Shown: one piece after another, positions 48,780 through 62,051 of the stretch
Position numbering within the stretch: position 1 is the stretch's first letter
How the letters are laid out: each line of letters starts with the position of its first letter
Origin: Phoronis australis
Taxonomy: Eukaryota > Animalia > Phoronida
Direction of reading: 5' to 3'
Length of the DNA stretch: 64,000 bases
Assembly (NCBI GenBank): GCA_002633005.1
Contig: NMRA01000120.1
Coordinates: forward strand, 745,940-809,939
The notes under the pieces: generated by a model
Seen by the model: only the letters and a program-made list of their open reading frames with translations
Told to the model about the DNA's origin: nothing
Databases searched by the model: none
Program-made: the position numbers and the translations under genes

Positions 48780-51035
48780 AACAAGAGCAACGCAGAGCGT
48801 TGAAATGCAACCACAAATGCACTGTAAACGGTGTACTTATAGGGGTGTTTATTTGTATCATAAAAATGGCCACTAGGTTGCGCAAAATACCTCAAATTCA
48901 ACCGAAAACCAGAGGATAGTGTCACCTCACTAATAGATGCTTATTTGCCAAATTTTATGAAAATCCATTGAGAACCTTTGAGGATACAGAGGTAAACGTA
49001 AGAAATTGCCACAAGGGGCACATTGATAATCCAATCCGTTAGAAAGTTTTCGTACTCTGTTTTCAACTTCATACAGATAAACCAGCAAAATTCAATAAAC
49101 ATTCTGTAGAGCACTTAAGGAGATACAGCCATGGGCTCAAAAACAAACAAATATGCCACCATGAGGCGCCCTAGTAGTCAAACTCATCGGAAAATCATCG
49201 TCAGCCGCCCTCTTCACAGTAAGAACATACATAATAATTTTCAAAATCATCACTAGAGCAGTTTGGTTGATAGAATGGCGGACGCCGAAAACAGACTCTA
49301 AAACAGCAAAATTGGCCACTAGGTTGCGTAAAGTACCTCGAATCAGTCCGAAAACGAGAGAGTGGCATCATCTCACTAATAGATGCCTAACTGCCAAATT
49401 TTATGAAAATCCGTAGAGGAACTCCAAATATACAGAGGTGTGCGTAAAAAAATAAAATTGACACTAGGGGGCACCGTTCCCGCTTATCCGAACTATGAAG
49501 TTGCGAAGAAAGCGGGTATATCCTTTTTTCGACTTCCTCGAGAGCCCGAAATGTTAGGAAGTGGTTCGATTTAGTGAAGAATGAAAGGGACGCTGTAATA
49601 GCAAGTATTAAGCTGTGAAACATCTCTGTGTCTGTGGCCGGCATTTCGTTGACAGTGATTTCTCTGACGAATTCCGGCTTACCAAAAAACTATCCATACG
49701 TTCCGTTGCATGTTTACTGCACCTCTCTCAGTGTATTCCGGTTAGAATTGATAGCCTGTGAAACCTAACAATCCGACCCGTGAAGTCTTCGTCGGATGAG
49801 CTCTTGACTAAGTCGGGATTGGCGCCGGGCGAGTTGCCATGTAGACGTTTATTATTCTGCGTTCTGTTTCAAAATGAGTTATTGTCATCCTAACCAATGC
49901 TTGTATAAAACTGGGTCAAAGTCTATCTCATTAGATACAATTTGTAATACCGTTGCAAATGTTGAGAAGCCAGCAATGAATAAACCACTGCATAATCGGC
50001 TTTTGATGCTGGCAATGCAGGTAATTGACCGGGCACCGAGGCCGTGTGAGCGCATGCTAATTCAGTGTTTGCTGACAGAAAGCTATTGTGAAACAATTAC
50101 TCGATTTTATATGCTATGGTCACATGTTAAGGGAATCTTTATTTAGAAATACAGATACATTATTGAAATCATTTTTACTGTACAACCTTTGCCCTGACGG
50201 TCTGTGGAAGGGGAACCCGACTTCACGGCCCCCGACAAAATTAAGTAAGTAGATTTTCAGTTTCGTAGCTAATTCACATAAAGAAATACGTGCACATTAT
50301 TTCTTTGGCTCTCTATTATAGTCTTTTCGTGACTGGAGGATTAGTTTCCAACTCAAGCGGGTTTATGTTCGAGCCAGCCCTGGCGGCCCCGACGGACCTG
50401 ATCAGATTCCGAACCATTGGCAGGGAAGCCAAGAGTTTTGTGTATTCAGAACTCAAAAGATCAAAAGTCTAAACAACACAGATCTAGGTTCTCCTGTCTG
50501 TATTTCACGGAAAAATACTTCGAATTTATCTCCGAACAGACCTCAAACTCCTTCTACGGACCTTGGTAAATTGGCCTGCCGAACTTTGTAGGCTACGGTG
50601 TGTCCAAATACCAATAAATCCGTAACAGCGAAATAAAACAACACGTTTTTATAAGAACTCGGTGTATTTTTAATGGTTTTGCATCGAAGTTTGATGATCT
50701 ATTGGTGTTAAACTATGAATTCTAGCGATAAGCTGACACCAGTAACCCGTGTTGTGAATTGCTGAACAGACAGTATGTGAAACCAAAGACGTCATTGGAT
50801 AATTTCAACACCTCCGTCTGCCGTCAGGTGTCAGGTAACGCAATCAAACGTACCATTATCGAGTAGAACTACTCAATCTAAATTTATACAAAATAGGTTG
50901 TTTTTGGGTGGAATTCTCCTTTATTATATGCATAACTTTCAAATTTTATGAAAATCCGTTGAGGACTTCCGAATATATAGAGGTAAGCACAAAAAAATGC
51001 CACTAAGGGGCACTCCTGTAGTCGGAGAGGTCCGA
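48780..51035. repeat. Interspersed element with internal ~130-bp repeats (Helentron/DINE-1-like), interrupted by other insertions
   Basis: Starts AACAAGAG. The unit ggccactaggttgcg...ccaaattttatgaaaatcc...atacagagg recurs at about 48868 and 49313, and partly at about 50938. The family assignment is inference. Confidence 0.45.
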
Positions 51036-51281
51036 ATTTTTTTTTTTAGAATTTTATTCAGTATAATAGGTGCAGTACAGATCACACAATTACCAATTAC
51101 AGATGCTTTTTGTTCTAGTCAAGGAACAGTTAAGGTGTTAACTTACAGTGCTAATATGTACAAAAGTAATTTGACAATGGAGGAAAGATAAACACAGTAG
51201 AGGCAAGGATTCATTACACTACACAAACAACTAGGTCAAGACCTTGCCAGCGCTCTATAAATTCACAGTACTTCATTTTGT

Positions 51282-54200
51282 TTATTTATTTAAACGGTTC
51301 AGTAGAAATGTAGAAAGCAACTTCTTTTTAAACATTGCAAGGTACGGATGTTTGCGCTTCAACCTTTGTTTATAAATGTGGTGTTTTCCGAGGGAAAGAA
51401 TCATACTTTGTAAAACTGCCTTCACCTGAACACCAAACAGAACTGATTTTACGGACAGTTCTAAACTAATTCCAACAGCATCTTCGAGCCAGTTATTTAC
51501 ATTATTCCAAAACTGCTGAGTTACGTTACAAGACCAGTACACATGGACAATAGATTCAATTTCACTTAAGCAGTAAGTGCACAATGGGCTATCAGTTACG
51601 CCAATCTTGTATAAAAATTCATTACAGCCTATGATTCTGTGAATCAGCCTAAACTGGAACCATCTCAGAGAAGAATATTCTGTGAATGAATAGATGTAAG
51701 AGAAAACATTGTACCACCATTCTGCAGTATCAGGGAGATTTAATTTTTTACTCCACTCTATTTGACACTTTGTTTTTCCACAATTCTGAGAGACAATAAC
51801 GTGGTAAATTTTATCTACTCCTTTGACATCTCCCAAAATAACTTTTATTGTATCGTGGACGATGCGGTAAAATTACTTGATGCTTTCCCTCTCTGAGATG
51901 ACTCCAGGTAGCATATAATGAGCTTCGTAGACCGTGAAATAAAGTTACTTGAGGGGTAAAGTCAAATTTCTGTATAAACTCCTCATAATTAAGGAAGCAA
52001 CCATCAGAATTAAGTAAATCGTGTACATGAGTTATGCCTTTTTGAAACCACCGTTTATAAAAAACAGGTTTGTTATCTATCAGTATATTCGAATTAAACC
52101 ATAGAGGCTGATAAATACCATCGTTTTCGGGAACTAAGAAACTAAACTCATGGATACATTGAAAAACCTCTTTCCAAAATACATTAGAAGTCATTTGGGA
52201 CATCTTTGAAAAATAGAAATCCCCGAACATTAAGTAATTCTCTGAAACTCTTGATAACAAACCATTTGCTAAAACTGCCCATGGACTTGTAGTACTTTGA
52301 CAAAGTAGTCTACGAAACCAAGTTAGTTTAATGGCTTTCATAAAGGAGCTGACGTCAATCATTCTAGCTCCGCCAACATTGTACTCTTGAGCCATAATTT
52401 TACGACATATTTTTTCCGTTTTACCGTTCCATATAAAACAGTAGAACATTTTGTTAAGCTGCTTCAGGAAGGCCTGTGAGGGGGACGGGAGACTTGTAAA
52501 AAGATGAATAAGTTTTGGCATAATTATTGATTTCACAACTGTGATTTTTCCAAAAAGTGTCAAGTTTCTTTTTCCCCAGATGCTAATAGCCTTCTCTATT
52601 TCACCAAGCTTGCTGTTAAAATTGATGTCGGGAATTTTATATAAATCACTGGAGAATTGAATACCCAGTAAAGTGAATTCCGATGTTGCCCATTTCAGTT
52701 TTACGTCACAGCACATTTTTTGATGGCTACCCTTCATAGAACCTATCCAAATACAAATTGTTTTTTTCCAGATTAGGCTTTAGATAGGAATATTTTGCAA
52801 AATGGTTTAAAATGTGAAGTGTTTTCCGCAGAGACTGCTCCGAGCCATCTAAAGATATAACTGTATCATCTGCATACTGCATCAGTTTGTATTCCACCGA
52901 TCTGACCTGGATGCCCTTAACGCTATTGTCTAGTCTAACGAGCCAGCCCATAATCTCTGCACATAGAATAAAAAGGTATGGCGATAACAGATCACCTTGC
53001 CTGCAACCACGCCCTCTGTCGAAAAAGTTAGATGTGACACCGTTTTGTATAACACATTGCTTTGCCCCTCTGTTTAGTTTTTGGACCCATTTTTTCACTG
53101 AGTGGTCAAAATTAAAGAAATTTAAGACTTTGTAAATAAAAGACCAAGATAAGGAGTCAAACGCATTTTCAAAGTCCACCAGTACAAGTAAACCCGGTTT
53201 ATTAAACTGCTCAGTATACTGCATCAAGTCATAAGTCTGTCTTGTATTTTCTGCTATGAAACGCCCAGAGAGAAAACCCTTTTGGTCACGGTGTATTAAT
53301 TTTTGTATTACAGAACGAATTCTTTGGGAAATACAGGACGATAAAAGTTTGTAACTGATATTTAAGAGAGAGATAGGCCTCCAATTCTTTATATTATCTC
53401 TCGGTTTATTCCCTTTGGGTATAATGGTAATAACTCCTTGGAGTTGGGAGTTAGGAAGGAAGCCTCTTCTGAAACTGTGATTGTACGCTTTAGTAAGATA
53501 CTTCGCTAGGTCGTTCCAGAAAAATTTATAAAATTCCGTGGTGAAACCGTCCGGACCTGGACTTTTATTATTTTTCATGTGCTTCAATGAGTTAAGCACC
53601 TCCTGTTCTGAGATTTCTGATTCGAGTGAGTTGCTTTCAGCTTCACTTAATTTAGGAATTTTCGTGCTCGGTAAGACGTCATTCAAATTGACTTCGTCTA
53701 GTAATCCGTCTTTACACGAATACAGTTCTTCATAAAATTGACTTATTTCTTTCAAAAGTTCTTTTTGATTCTCAATTGTTTCACCACTCAAGGTTACCAA
53801 TTTAGTAACATTCTTATTGATAAAAGTACGTTTTTCCAGATTACAAAAATACTTAGTAGGATTTTCACCAGCCTCCATCCATTTAGCCTTTGATCTTACC
53901 ATCACACCTTTCATTTCTTTTGCTCTCATTGATTCAAGTTCATCCTGCAGATCAGACAGTCTTCTGTCCAGTTCAGCTGATGGGCTACTTTGGTTTTGGG
54001 AAGTAATGAAACTGATGAGGGATTCAATCTCTTTTTTCCGCTTCTTATGATTCTTCTTTTTGTGACAACTATAGGAAATGGTACGTGATCTGATATTCAT
54101 GAGAATAACTTCTAGAAGAAGACAGTCATCTATGTCGGAGGAATCTGCATTGCCTGAAGGCGTATAGTCCATTACTGTGTTCTCAATTACCTCCTTAACT

Positions 54201-54984
54201 GTATTGATGTATTCTCTGTCTCTGAGAAGGGGATTGTTAAAGTGCCAAATACCTCGACCCCTCACAACATTTGGGTTTTTCAACGAGAGGGAGATAAGAG
54301 AATGATCTGTTCTATAGCCAGACAAAATTTTGACGTCATCTGTGAGTGAAAGCAGTTCTTCAGAAATTAAAAAGAAGTCCAACCGGGCCCTTTGTACTGG
54401 ATTCCTTCGTGTCCAGGTAAAAAACTTTTTATCTGGATTGTACAGTGTCCATGGGTCGACAAGGTTAAGTTTACTCTTTAGGTTGAGGACTTCCTTAGAG
54501 GCATTTACATTATTTTGTCTTTTGTACCCTTGACAATCGTTGTCATAACTTTTTACAAGATTCCAGTCACCACATACAATTACGAACTCAGAGTTAAAAT
54601 CTGAAATAATTTTCTCATCATTTTTGTAAAAATCTGGTTTGTCTCTGTTAGGACCGTACAAATTTATCAGAGATACTAGATAATTGTTTTCAATTAAGAC
54701 TTCCGTGGCAACCAGATTACCATCCGAATCTATTTTTTGGACTTGACTTCAAATTCAAAGTTATTATTAAAAAGAATGCACACACCACGCGAGTCTCGTG
54801 TTCCTGGGCTCATCAATATATCATATCCCCAGGTGGAACGAACTAAGGTCGTTTCTTCTTTGGTGAAGTGAGTGTCTTGGAGGCAGTAAATACAAAACTT
54901 TTTTTCTCTTAGAAAGTGGAACACATCTCTACGCTTTGTTAAGTCTCCTAGACCTCTACAATTCATTGTGGCAAAGCTAACCAT
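51282..54984 (-). pseudogene. LINE ORF2 (endonuclease-reverse transcriptase), broken by at least 3 frameshifts
   Basis: MNCRGL, CLQDTH, GDWN, RLDFFL, TDH (APE); KSPGPDG, WRPISLLN, GCRQGD, QYADD (RT); CTYC...ESIVHVYWSC (zinc motif). Split over ORFs 54984-54730, 54661-52727, 52737-51811 and 51836-51282. Confidence 0.92.
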
Positions 54985-55867
54985 AATCCAGTTTATACTG
55001 AGCCGTGCTAATTTCCTTGACTAAAACCTGAGTAAATGAAATCACTGTACCGACACCAACAACTATGAGAGAAAATAATGAAAGAAAAATGATCATGTGC
55101 AAGTCAAATGCATTGGCAATATTTGTTGCCAATATATGTGCACATGTAATAAAATTATATAAAACTATATAAACACTCATGACGTAACTCTGGCCAGTTC
55201 CCCTACCTGAGACTCCAAAGGGATACAATCACATTTCAATGACTCAATCTCAGCCTGCAGCACGATCCACAACACAAACACATCAGGGATTATCTACACA
55301 TAATGCCACCAAAGGAAAATCACGACTGTACTTCGGACTGTAGTATATAAGTACCCAACGGCATTCATGCTACACGGTGAGTCCAAGCCACGGTCACTAA
55401 GTGAAGATTTAGTCGTTCAGACTAAACACAAAGTGAGAAAGACATGCTAGGAAACTATACAAAGTAGTCGAATAATCACATGTTGATTTTCCTACGCTCC
55501 TGCTCGGCTCTATTAAACGTACGTCTCGCACTCTCAGCAAGTGGTCTCATCCGTCACAATAGAAGAGAGAGAAGAGACTCCAGAAATAATGAGCCACTAG
55601 TAACCGACCGCACCAAACGTCACTAGGTGATCTCAAAGGGGATCAGCGCAACACATGCTTCAACCACCCATACATGTACCACCATGATTGTACATAAAAT
55701 ACAGGTGTACAGGAAGTAAACAAAGGGGGTTACACCCAACGCTTTACACAACACTCTCAGAGAGGCAGAGGGACATATAAATTCTGAAACTAATGTTACT
55801 AGTGTACTACTCACGATATGCGTCACAGTGGAGTAGCACGAGTCTACTTACACCTATCGCTTGTTAT

Positions 55868-56680
55868 TTAAATTCCTGACAAATCCTGTAGACTATTTAC
55901 TTGCTTTATAACTCCACCCCATTCTTTGTAGTATACACGGCCGTCGAATGTCCAGCAACCCTGCACCTTAGCACCCAGGTCTCTGCAGGCTTTGAACAGC
56001 TGTGCTCTGCGTTTGGTCAAGTTCTCGTTTACAAAAACTCTGCTTGCGACATCTTTTAGATTTTTCTTCTTTTTCATGAAGTCAGACCGAGCATTGTAGG
56101 ATACAAATTTCACAATTATGGGGCGCTTATTGGTAGAGGGTGAATCTTTTCTACCAAGTCGGTGGCTGCGACTAATGTCCGACTTTTGGGTTGAGGCTCC
56201 CATTTTTTGCGCAAGCGAGATCACAATATCGTCGGTGTTTTCTCCGTCAGTTTCTGTTACCCCATTGACAATCAAGCGGTTTCGCCGGCTGTACTGTTGA
56301 AGTTCGTCCATTTCATTCTCATGTTTTTGTGCTCGTCGCTCAATCACTTCTTTGAATTCCGAAAGTTGGTTTTCCAGGGAGTTTATTTTTTTGTCCTTTT
56401 CTTCCAGCTTTTTGCAGTATTCCAACTCTAAGGCCTTGTAAATCTCATCCCTCATATCCTCTATTAAAGGTTTCAGTATACCTCTGAACATAGATTGGAT
56501 TTCACCGTCCATCAAGGCTTCCTTGAGGTCATCTTTCAGTGAAAGCTTTGACGCTTTGTCGTTGACCTGCTCTTCCTTGGTCAAAATGGCTTCCATGGTA
56601 GGTTGCTTCAGTGATTTTAAGCAAGATGACTTTCGAAGTTCCTCAGTGTCCTTACTAGGCACACGTTTCCTACGTTTCAT
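55868..56680 (-). CDS. LINE ORF1 (coiled coil + RRM-like nucleic-acid-binding protein)
   Basis: Intact 270-aa ORF: coiled coil, then ELQQYSRRNRLIVNGVTE...ISRSHRLG...RPIIVKF...VFVNENLT...WTFDGRV, typical LINE ORF1 motifs. Confidence 0.85.
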   Translation of the reverse strand: MKRRKRVPSKDTEELRKSSCLKSLKQPTMEAILTKEEQVNDKASKLSLKDDLKEALMDGEIQSMFRGILKPLIEDMRDEIYKALELEYCKKLEEKDKKINSLENQLSEFKEVIERRAQKHENEMDELQQYSRRNRLIVNGVTETDGENTDDIVISLAQKMGASTQKSDISRSHRLGRKDSPSTNKRPIIVKFVSYNARSDFMKKKKNLKDVASRVFVNENLTKRRAQLFKACRDLGAKVQGCWTFDGRVYYKEWGGVIKQVNSLQDLSGI

Positions 56681-56789
56681 TCCAAGTAAGGCAAAATATT
56701 GGTTTTCCTCCAGCCTGAACCTTTGTGTTATGCCAAAAACAAAGGGACAGTAGCCTGTCCTCTTCTTTGACCTCGTTTAACATCGATCC

Positions 56790-58810
56790 AAACTCAAATG
56801 TTGAAACAAACACATTCTTTCAAAAAGGATTCCCTGTTGACTGGGCAAACATTTAAAAAAGAAAATGTTTCCTCCATCGAACATCTTTTCAATGTCAATT
56901 TGTCTTGCATTCCGCATAATCTTCATCCACGCCTAATTCTTTTGTCGATCTATAATTTTTAATTATGTTACTTTAAGAGCTTTAATAAAGGAAACTAAAT
57001 TAACTATGCTGAGACCACATTTTTTGATTTTGAACTATTGTCTTAAAGGCAATTCTATCTTTTTTGTTATTGTAAATAAGCTTAATTCTCCAGTTGTTTG
57101 ATAAAACTGTCCTTTGGTGATGGGAGACTTAAGAAAAGATAGGTAAGATTTGGCTAAAGATTTCACCACACAAATTTTTCCCAAAACACAGAGGTATCTT
57201 CTGGACCAAGAGCGTAAGGTATTCTGAATATTAAGTATTAATAAGTTTTGCATTGTGAGTTTTCAATAAAGGTTTTTATCCTTCCACAAAAATATTTCCA
57301 AACCCAAACATCTTAAAAACGTTAAGCACGAAACTCCAGGACAATAAATCAAATTCTTTTTTCAAAATCCACTATTGTCACAAGACCGGAAAGTTTACTC
57401 GACGCCCTGTAATACAAAATGTCATGAAGAATTCTGGTGTTTTCGCCAATAAATCGCCCAGATAAAAATCCTGTCTGATCCGAGTCAATCAATTTTTCAA
57501 GAACTGTGTTCAGTCTTTGTGCTAAACACAATGACAAGATTTTATAGGTTATATTTAACAAAGAAATAGGTCGCCAATTTTTTAAAAAGTCTCTTGGCAG
57601 AATTTAAATTACCCCTTGCAGTTGTGAAGCTGGGAGAGCATTCATATCAAAACTGTACTTAACTGATATAAATAAGAAAGGTGATAATTCTTTCCAAAAG
57701 TATTTGTAGAATTCAACAGTAAAACAATCAATTCATAGATTTTTGTTCTATTTCTTGCGCACCAATATCAGCATCTAAACTTCCTCGTCCAACGTTGCTA
57801 GTTTTTGATATTTGGAATTTCCACAATATCACTGATATTCTTAATTCCACGTGTGCTGTCTCTAGAAGCATATAAATGTTCATAAAAAGGTTTTAATCCG
57901 ATTAAAATTATTTTAGAATCGTCAGTTTTACCAGATGATTTACTATCCGAGTTATTGTTGTATCATCAAAGCTTCGCTTTCCCAAGCCTCAAAAATACTC
58001 TTTCCTTCTCACCTTCTTCAATCCATCTGCAATTTAAGCGAAAATTAAGCCTTTCACATAATTTTCTCGAATTTTTTCTAAATGGGCATTGCATTCCTGC
58101 ATTAATCCTTCACAAACTGATGCTTTTGTTTCTTGAAACAATATTAAAAAATCTCTTGACTATTTTTTAATTAATCCCTCTTGAAAATTTCGGTTTTGCT
58201 TCTTATTTGTAACATAAAATGGTATAATGTAATTGTCTTGATGTTGTTCAGAAGAATGTCAAAATGTAAATGATCATCGGCAATCAAGTTAATGTCCTTC
58301 AATAATTCTTCATCAAAATATTTCTTATTGTATGGCAGAACAGAATACTCCTCAATAGTATCGATGATCACATTTATTACTTCTGTTACATAATGCTCAT
58401 ACACCCACAGAAAATTATTAAATTGCCCTTTTTGGAAATTGTTACAATTAAAGGTAATACAAATACTTCAGTGGTCAGTTCTGCGACCTGGACTAAGAGT
58501 TACGCTTTCCACGATGCTAAAAATGTCATTGCTGTCTAGAAAATAATCTAATCTAGACATTTTGCAAGGATTTTTAAAGCATGTGAAACACTGTTTTTTT
58601 GGAATTTGTTATCCTGCATGGGTCAACTAGATTGAAATAGCTTTTAAATTCTCAATTTCCCTTTTCGAATTATGATTGCCACGCTAATTCTCACTCTCTT
58701 CAAGACAAGTTCGCAAGTAGCAAAGGCTTAATAAGAAGGATTATTGTCATTGATAATAATTTTGATTCCAACACTTCTTTGTCATCCCTTTGATTCGGTG
58801 CCGGTTAATG
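56790..58810 (-). mobile_element. Older, heavily degraded L1/Tx1 ORF2 relic
   Basis: Fragments LDYFL, RTDH, WRPISLLNITYKILSLCLAQRL...DQTGFLSGRFIGENTR...VDFEK and GKICVVKSL, with many stops and deletions. A separate, diverged copy from the adjacent element. Confidence 0.8.
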
Positions 58811-60014
58811 TGTCAACAAACCGTCAAGCACTCGGTAATTTATGACCATGGCTAATTCATGAACAAACGACGTACTCTAAAGCCAAGGGTACTGGCTGTG
58901 ACTGTGTTGCAACCATTGAAGACTACGATTGGACGCGCTTGTAATCACGTAACTGTTCCAAGTTTTTTCAGTAGGAATGACATTTTCTCCAATGTCACTC
59001 TTCCCGTGTTCCAATTGGAGTAAGCTTTGCTATTTGGGTCGAAAAGACACGGTCTCTCGCGTCACATTTCAAAGATAGCATTGTACGCAGATTCTTTCCA
59101 ACCATTCGCCATTTTGTTGTGTTTTAGTGTAAAATTAGGTCACATGACTATCAGATGGTAGTTAAAAGGTCACCACTAGTTGCACCGAGGTGTACATCGG
59201 GTGTACTAGCAAAACTGAGTGGAACCGGTGGCGAGAAAGTAGAACATGTGCAACTGACGACAAACGAGCTATCACCAACACACAGTTTGTGGTAAGATGA
59301 CGCACATCGGTCAGACTCGCAAACCGATCAGAATCTGTCAGTTGCTCTCAGTTGTCGGTAACCTGTTTAAAACTGGATGCGTTCAGTTTTAACTCCGATG
59401 TACGGTAGGCTTTAAGTCCCGTCCACGCACAGAACAATTTACTATTGCATCACATTGAAGAGGAGCGTCCACACACGCACATGTCGGACAACAAGTGTAT
59501 AGTGGGTGATGTTAAACTTTGAGTGACAATGAAAACCAAATTCGAATACGGGGCGATAAAGACGACCAGTCTGTGTATAAATGCAGTTGATAATTACTCC
59601 CGCCCAAACCCAGGCTTGCAGCAACACCGGAATTAGAAGTGGCGCAAGTTATCCTAGAACAAGATACCCTATCTTCATAGGGTGGAGTAAGTTGTCACAT
59701 CTGGAGTAAGTTAAAATAGTTTAAATAACGTCGACACAGCGTCCAACCTAGCGACAATTCGTTCTAGGATTAACTTGTTCTAGGGTACTTCTGTGAGAGG
59801 ACGGCGCTGAACCTTGAGAAATAATAATTTTGAGTTATTATTTTTGCTATTACACTTCATATTTTAATACGAAGGCGCTAAATAATTGCATGCACCATTA
59901 AACTTCACAGCGCCGTCATGTTGAATATGAGAAGAGAAAAGCGTTCTTGCATACATTAGGTGCGATTTAATTCGCTGTAAAACGGTAGGTTAGATCACGT
60001 TAGAGAATTTTTAC

Positions 60015-60250
60015 CGTTGTCAGTGCACGGACTCAGTGTAGGAAACTATGGGGTAAAACTACAAAAATTATTTGTGGAACTAGAGCATGTGAAGACTATC
60101 GATGACATTCCATTTCCGAACACTCAACAGTTTCAAGGCACTGAGGGGTGATAGACTGGTCCCTAGTGATAATCATCGGCTCATTTTCACCCAGGGATCC
60201 CGCATATTTCCACTTTGCGCTGAGTATTACCAAGTCAAGTTTGCACGAAG
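60015..60250 (-). pseudogene. Dead sushi-like exon copy (subtype C)
   Basis: SCKLDLVILSAKW... with a frameshift after Cys2, conserved Trp changed to TAG, and the acceptor lost. Confidence 0.78.
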
Positions 60251-60847
60251 AAGATTGTTTAAGTTATCACTTTGAAAGTAGCAGTTAGTTGCCAGTCCCT
60301 TTAAATACAATATCAACAAATGTACTTTATGCAAAATCCAAATTAGGCCACTAACCACAACATTTGATGTGGTAAAGCATAGTGATTGCCTTTCTGATTA
60401 TAATTCGAGAACTTCACCTATCATGATCTTGGAAAGAAACATGAGCAGTACTAAAAAACCCGTGTTGATATGATGCACTTAAATAATAATGACTCCACGT
60501 AAGCTTAGCAGGTTCGTAATCAGCAGGTAGCGAATTAAACAGGAAAGCAATTCATTCCAGAACGATTCCCATTAACGCATGCCCAAGAAAGTTGCTCACA
60601 AAGAGTTTGTATTAAAGTCGGTGTCAGAATTTCGGGAAGTGCTGGACCGACCTTGTGAGACCTTAATTGTTTTATCCCATTTACCGACACTCGATTTTCG
60701 GGTAAAGGTAGAAAATGAATATACCACTCCGCTGTTAAACCACGACGATTCCTCATGCTTACTTGTGAATAATTTGCTTGCAAATTTTTCTCTCTTCCAA
60801 CACTGTCAACCTACATATATCATATGAGGTATCGCCAGATATATTAC

Positions 60848-61069
60848 TTTTGTTATAACACGGACTCAGTGCTGGTGTCCATGAGTTGTAACTTGTAGAT
60901 CTAGAGGTAGAACTAGACCACGTAAAGACCTTCGATGATGTTCCATCTGTAAAGACCTTGCTGTCTTTGCAAACAAGTGTCACAGACTGGCCCCTGCGGA
61001 TAGTCTTCGGTATAATTCCACTCACAACCGCGTTCAATCTTTACAAAACAAGTTCGCACGATTACAAGG
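60848..61069 (-). pseudogene. Dead sushi-like exon copy with splice dinucleotides retained
   Basis: L*SCELVL*RLNAVVSG...VTLVCKDSKVFTDGTSSKVFTW...SWTPALSPCYNK. Two in-frame TAA codons and Cys3 changed to Trp; AG and GT still present. Confidence 0.75.
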
Positions 61070-61811
61070 CTTAATAAAAAGGATTATTGTCTCACTTTCA
61101 CTAAGAGACATCTATGTCATCTCTTTAATTGAATAGGTCTTACACTGCTAACAAGCTGTCAAGCAATCGAAATACTCTTAAGTCCCACCAACACATAGAC
61201 CCTAACCTAGAACAGCGTGCACTTGTAGAACGTACACTCACATTGAAAAGGAGCGTCCACACACACAAACACAGATATCCGGCAACCAGTCTAAGGCGGA
61301 TGTTGACACTATTTGACTGACAATGAACACCTAATGCAAAAACAGGGCGCAAACCAAGATCAGTCCATGAGTAACCGCACCTCATAATGACTAATCGAGA
61401 TCCATGTCCAAGGCTTGAGGCCACACAGTAATTAGAAATGGTACGTATTATTCTAGAACAAGTTACCCTTACCTCCATAAGATAGAGTAAATTTCCACAA
61501 ATGGGAAAAGTTACACTAGTTTGAATAGCTTGCATCAAGCCTCATAAATAGCAACAACTCGTTCTACAAGTAATGTGTTCTAGGGTAATTCTGCGTGTGG
61601 CGGTGCTGAAATTTAAAAAAAAATAATTTTGAATTACTTTTTATTATTTCACTTCACCTTTCAATACGAGGGCAATAAATCCTAGCACCCAACATTAAAC
61701 ATCAAAACATTGCCATGTTACATATGAGAACAGACAAGCGTTCTTGCATCCATTAGGTGCAAATTAATTCACTGTAAAACGGCAGGTTAGCTCTTGTTAG
61801 AGAAGTTTTAC

Positions 61812-62051
61812 CTTTCTCAGTGCACGGACTCAGTGTAGGGTTCCATGAGGTTAAACTACTAGAACTATAAGTAGAACTAGAGCATGTGAAGACCATCGAC
61901 GACATTCCATTTCCGAACACTTTAGTGTCGAGGCATTGAAGTGTGATAGACTGGCCCTTACTGATAATCGTTGGCTTAGTTACACTCAGAGAGCCCGTAG
62001 TTTTCCACTTTGCGCTGAGCATTACCAAGTCAAGTTTGCACGAAGGCACTG
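61812..62051 (-). CDS. Sushi/CCP-like repeat exon (intact, subtype C)
   Basis: cattcag(cag) NAGNAG acceptor and G|GTAAAA donor, 240 nt, phase 1-1: VPSCKLDLVMLSAKW...ITLQCLDTKVFGNGMSSMVFTCSSSTYSSSSLTSWNPTLSPCTEK. Confidence 0.78.

Larger units (their letters stand above)
51036..56790 (-). mobile_element. L1/Tx1-clade LINE, near full length and frameshifted
   Basis: ORF1, a spacer of about 0.9 kb, then ORF2 (APE endonuclease, RT, C-terminal Cys/His motif). 3' UTR with AATAAA (about 51053-51058) and a poly(A) tract (T-run 51036-51047 on +). The 5' boundary is approximate and no TSD was found. Confidence 0.9.

Noticed and set aside
52887-56753. Several plus-strand ORFs of 60-80 aa
   Set aside because: They are antisense shadows of the LINE ORFs.
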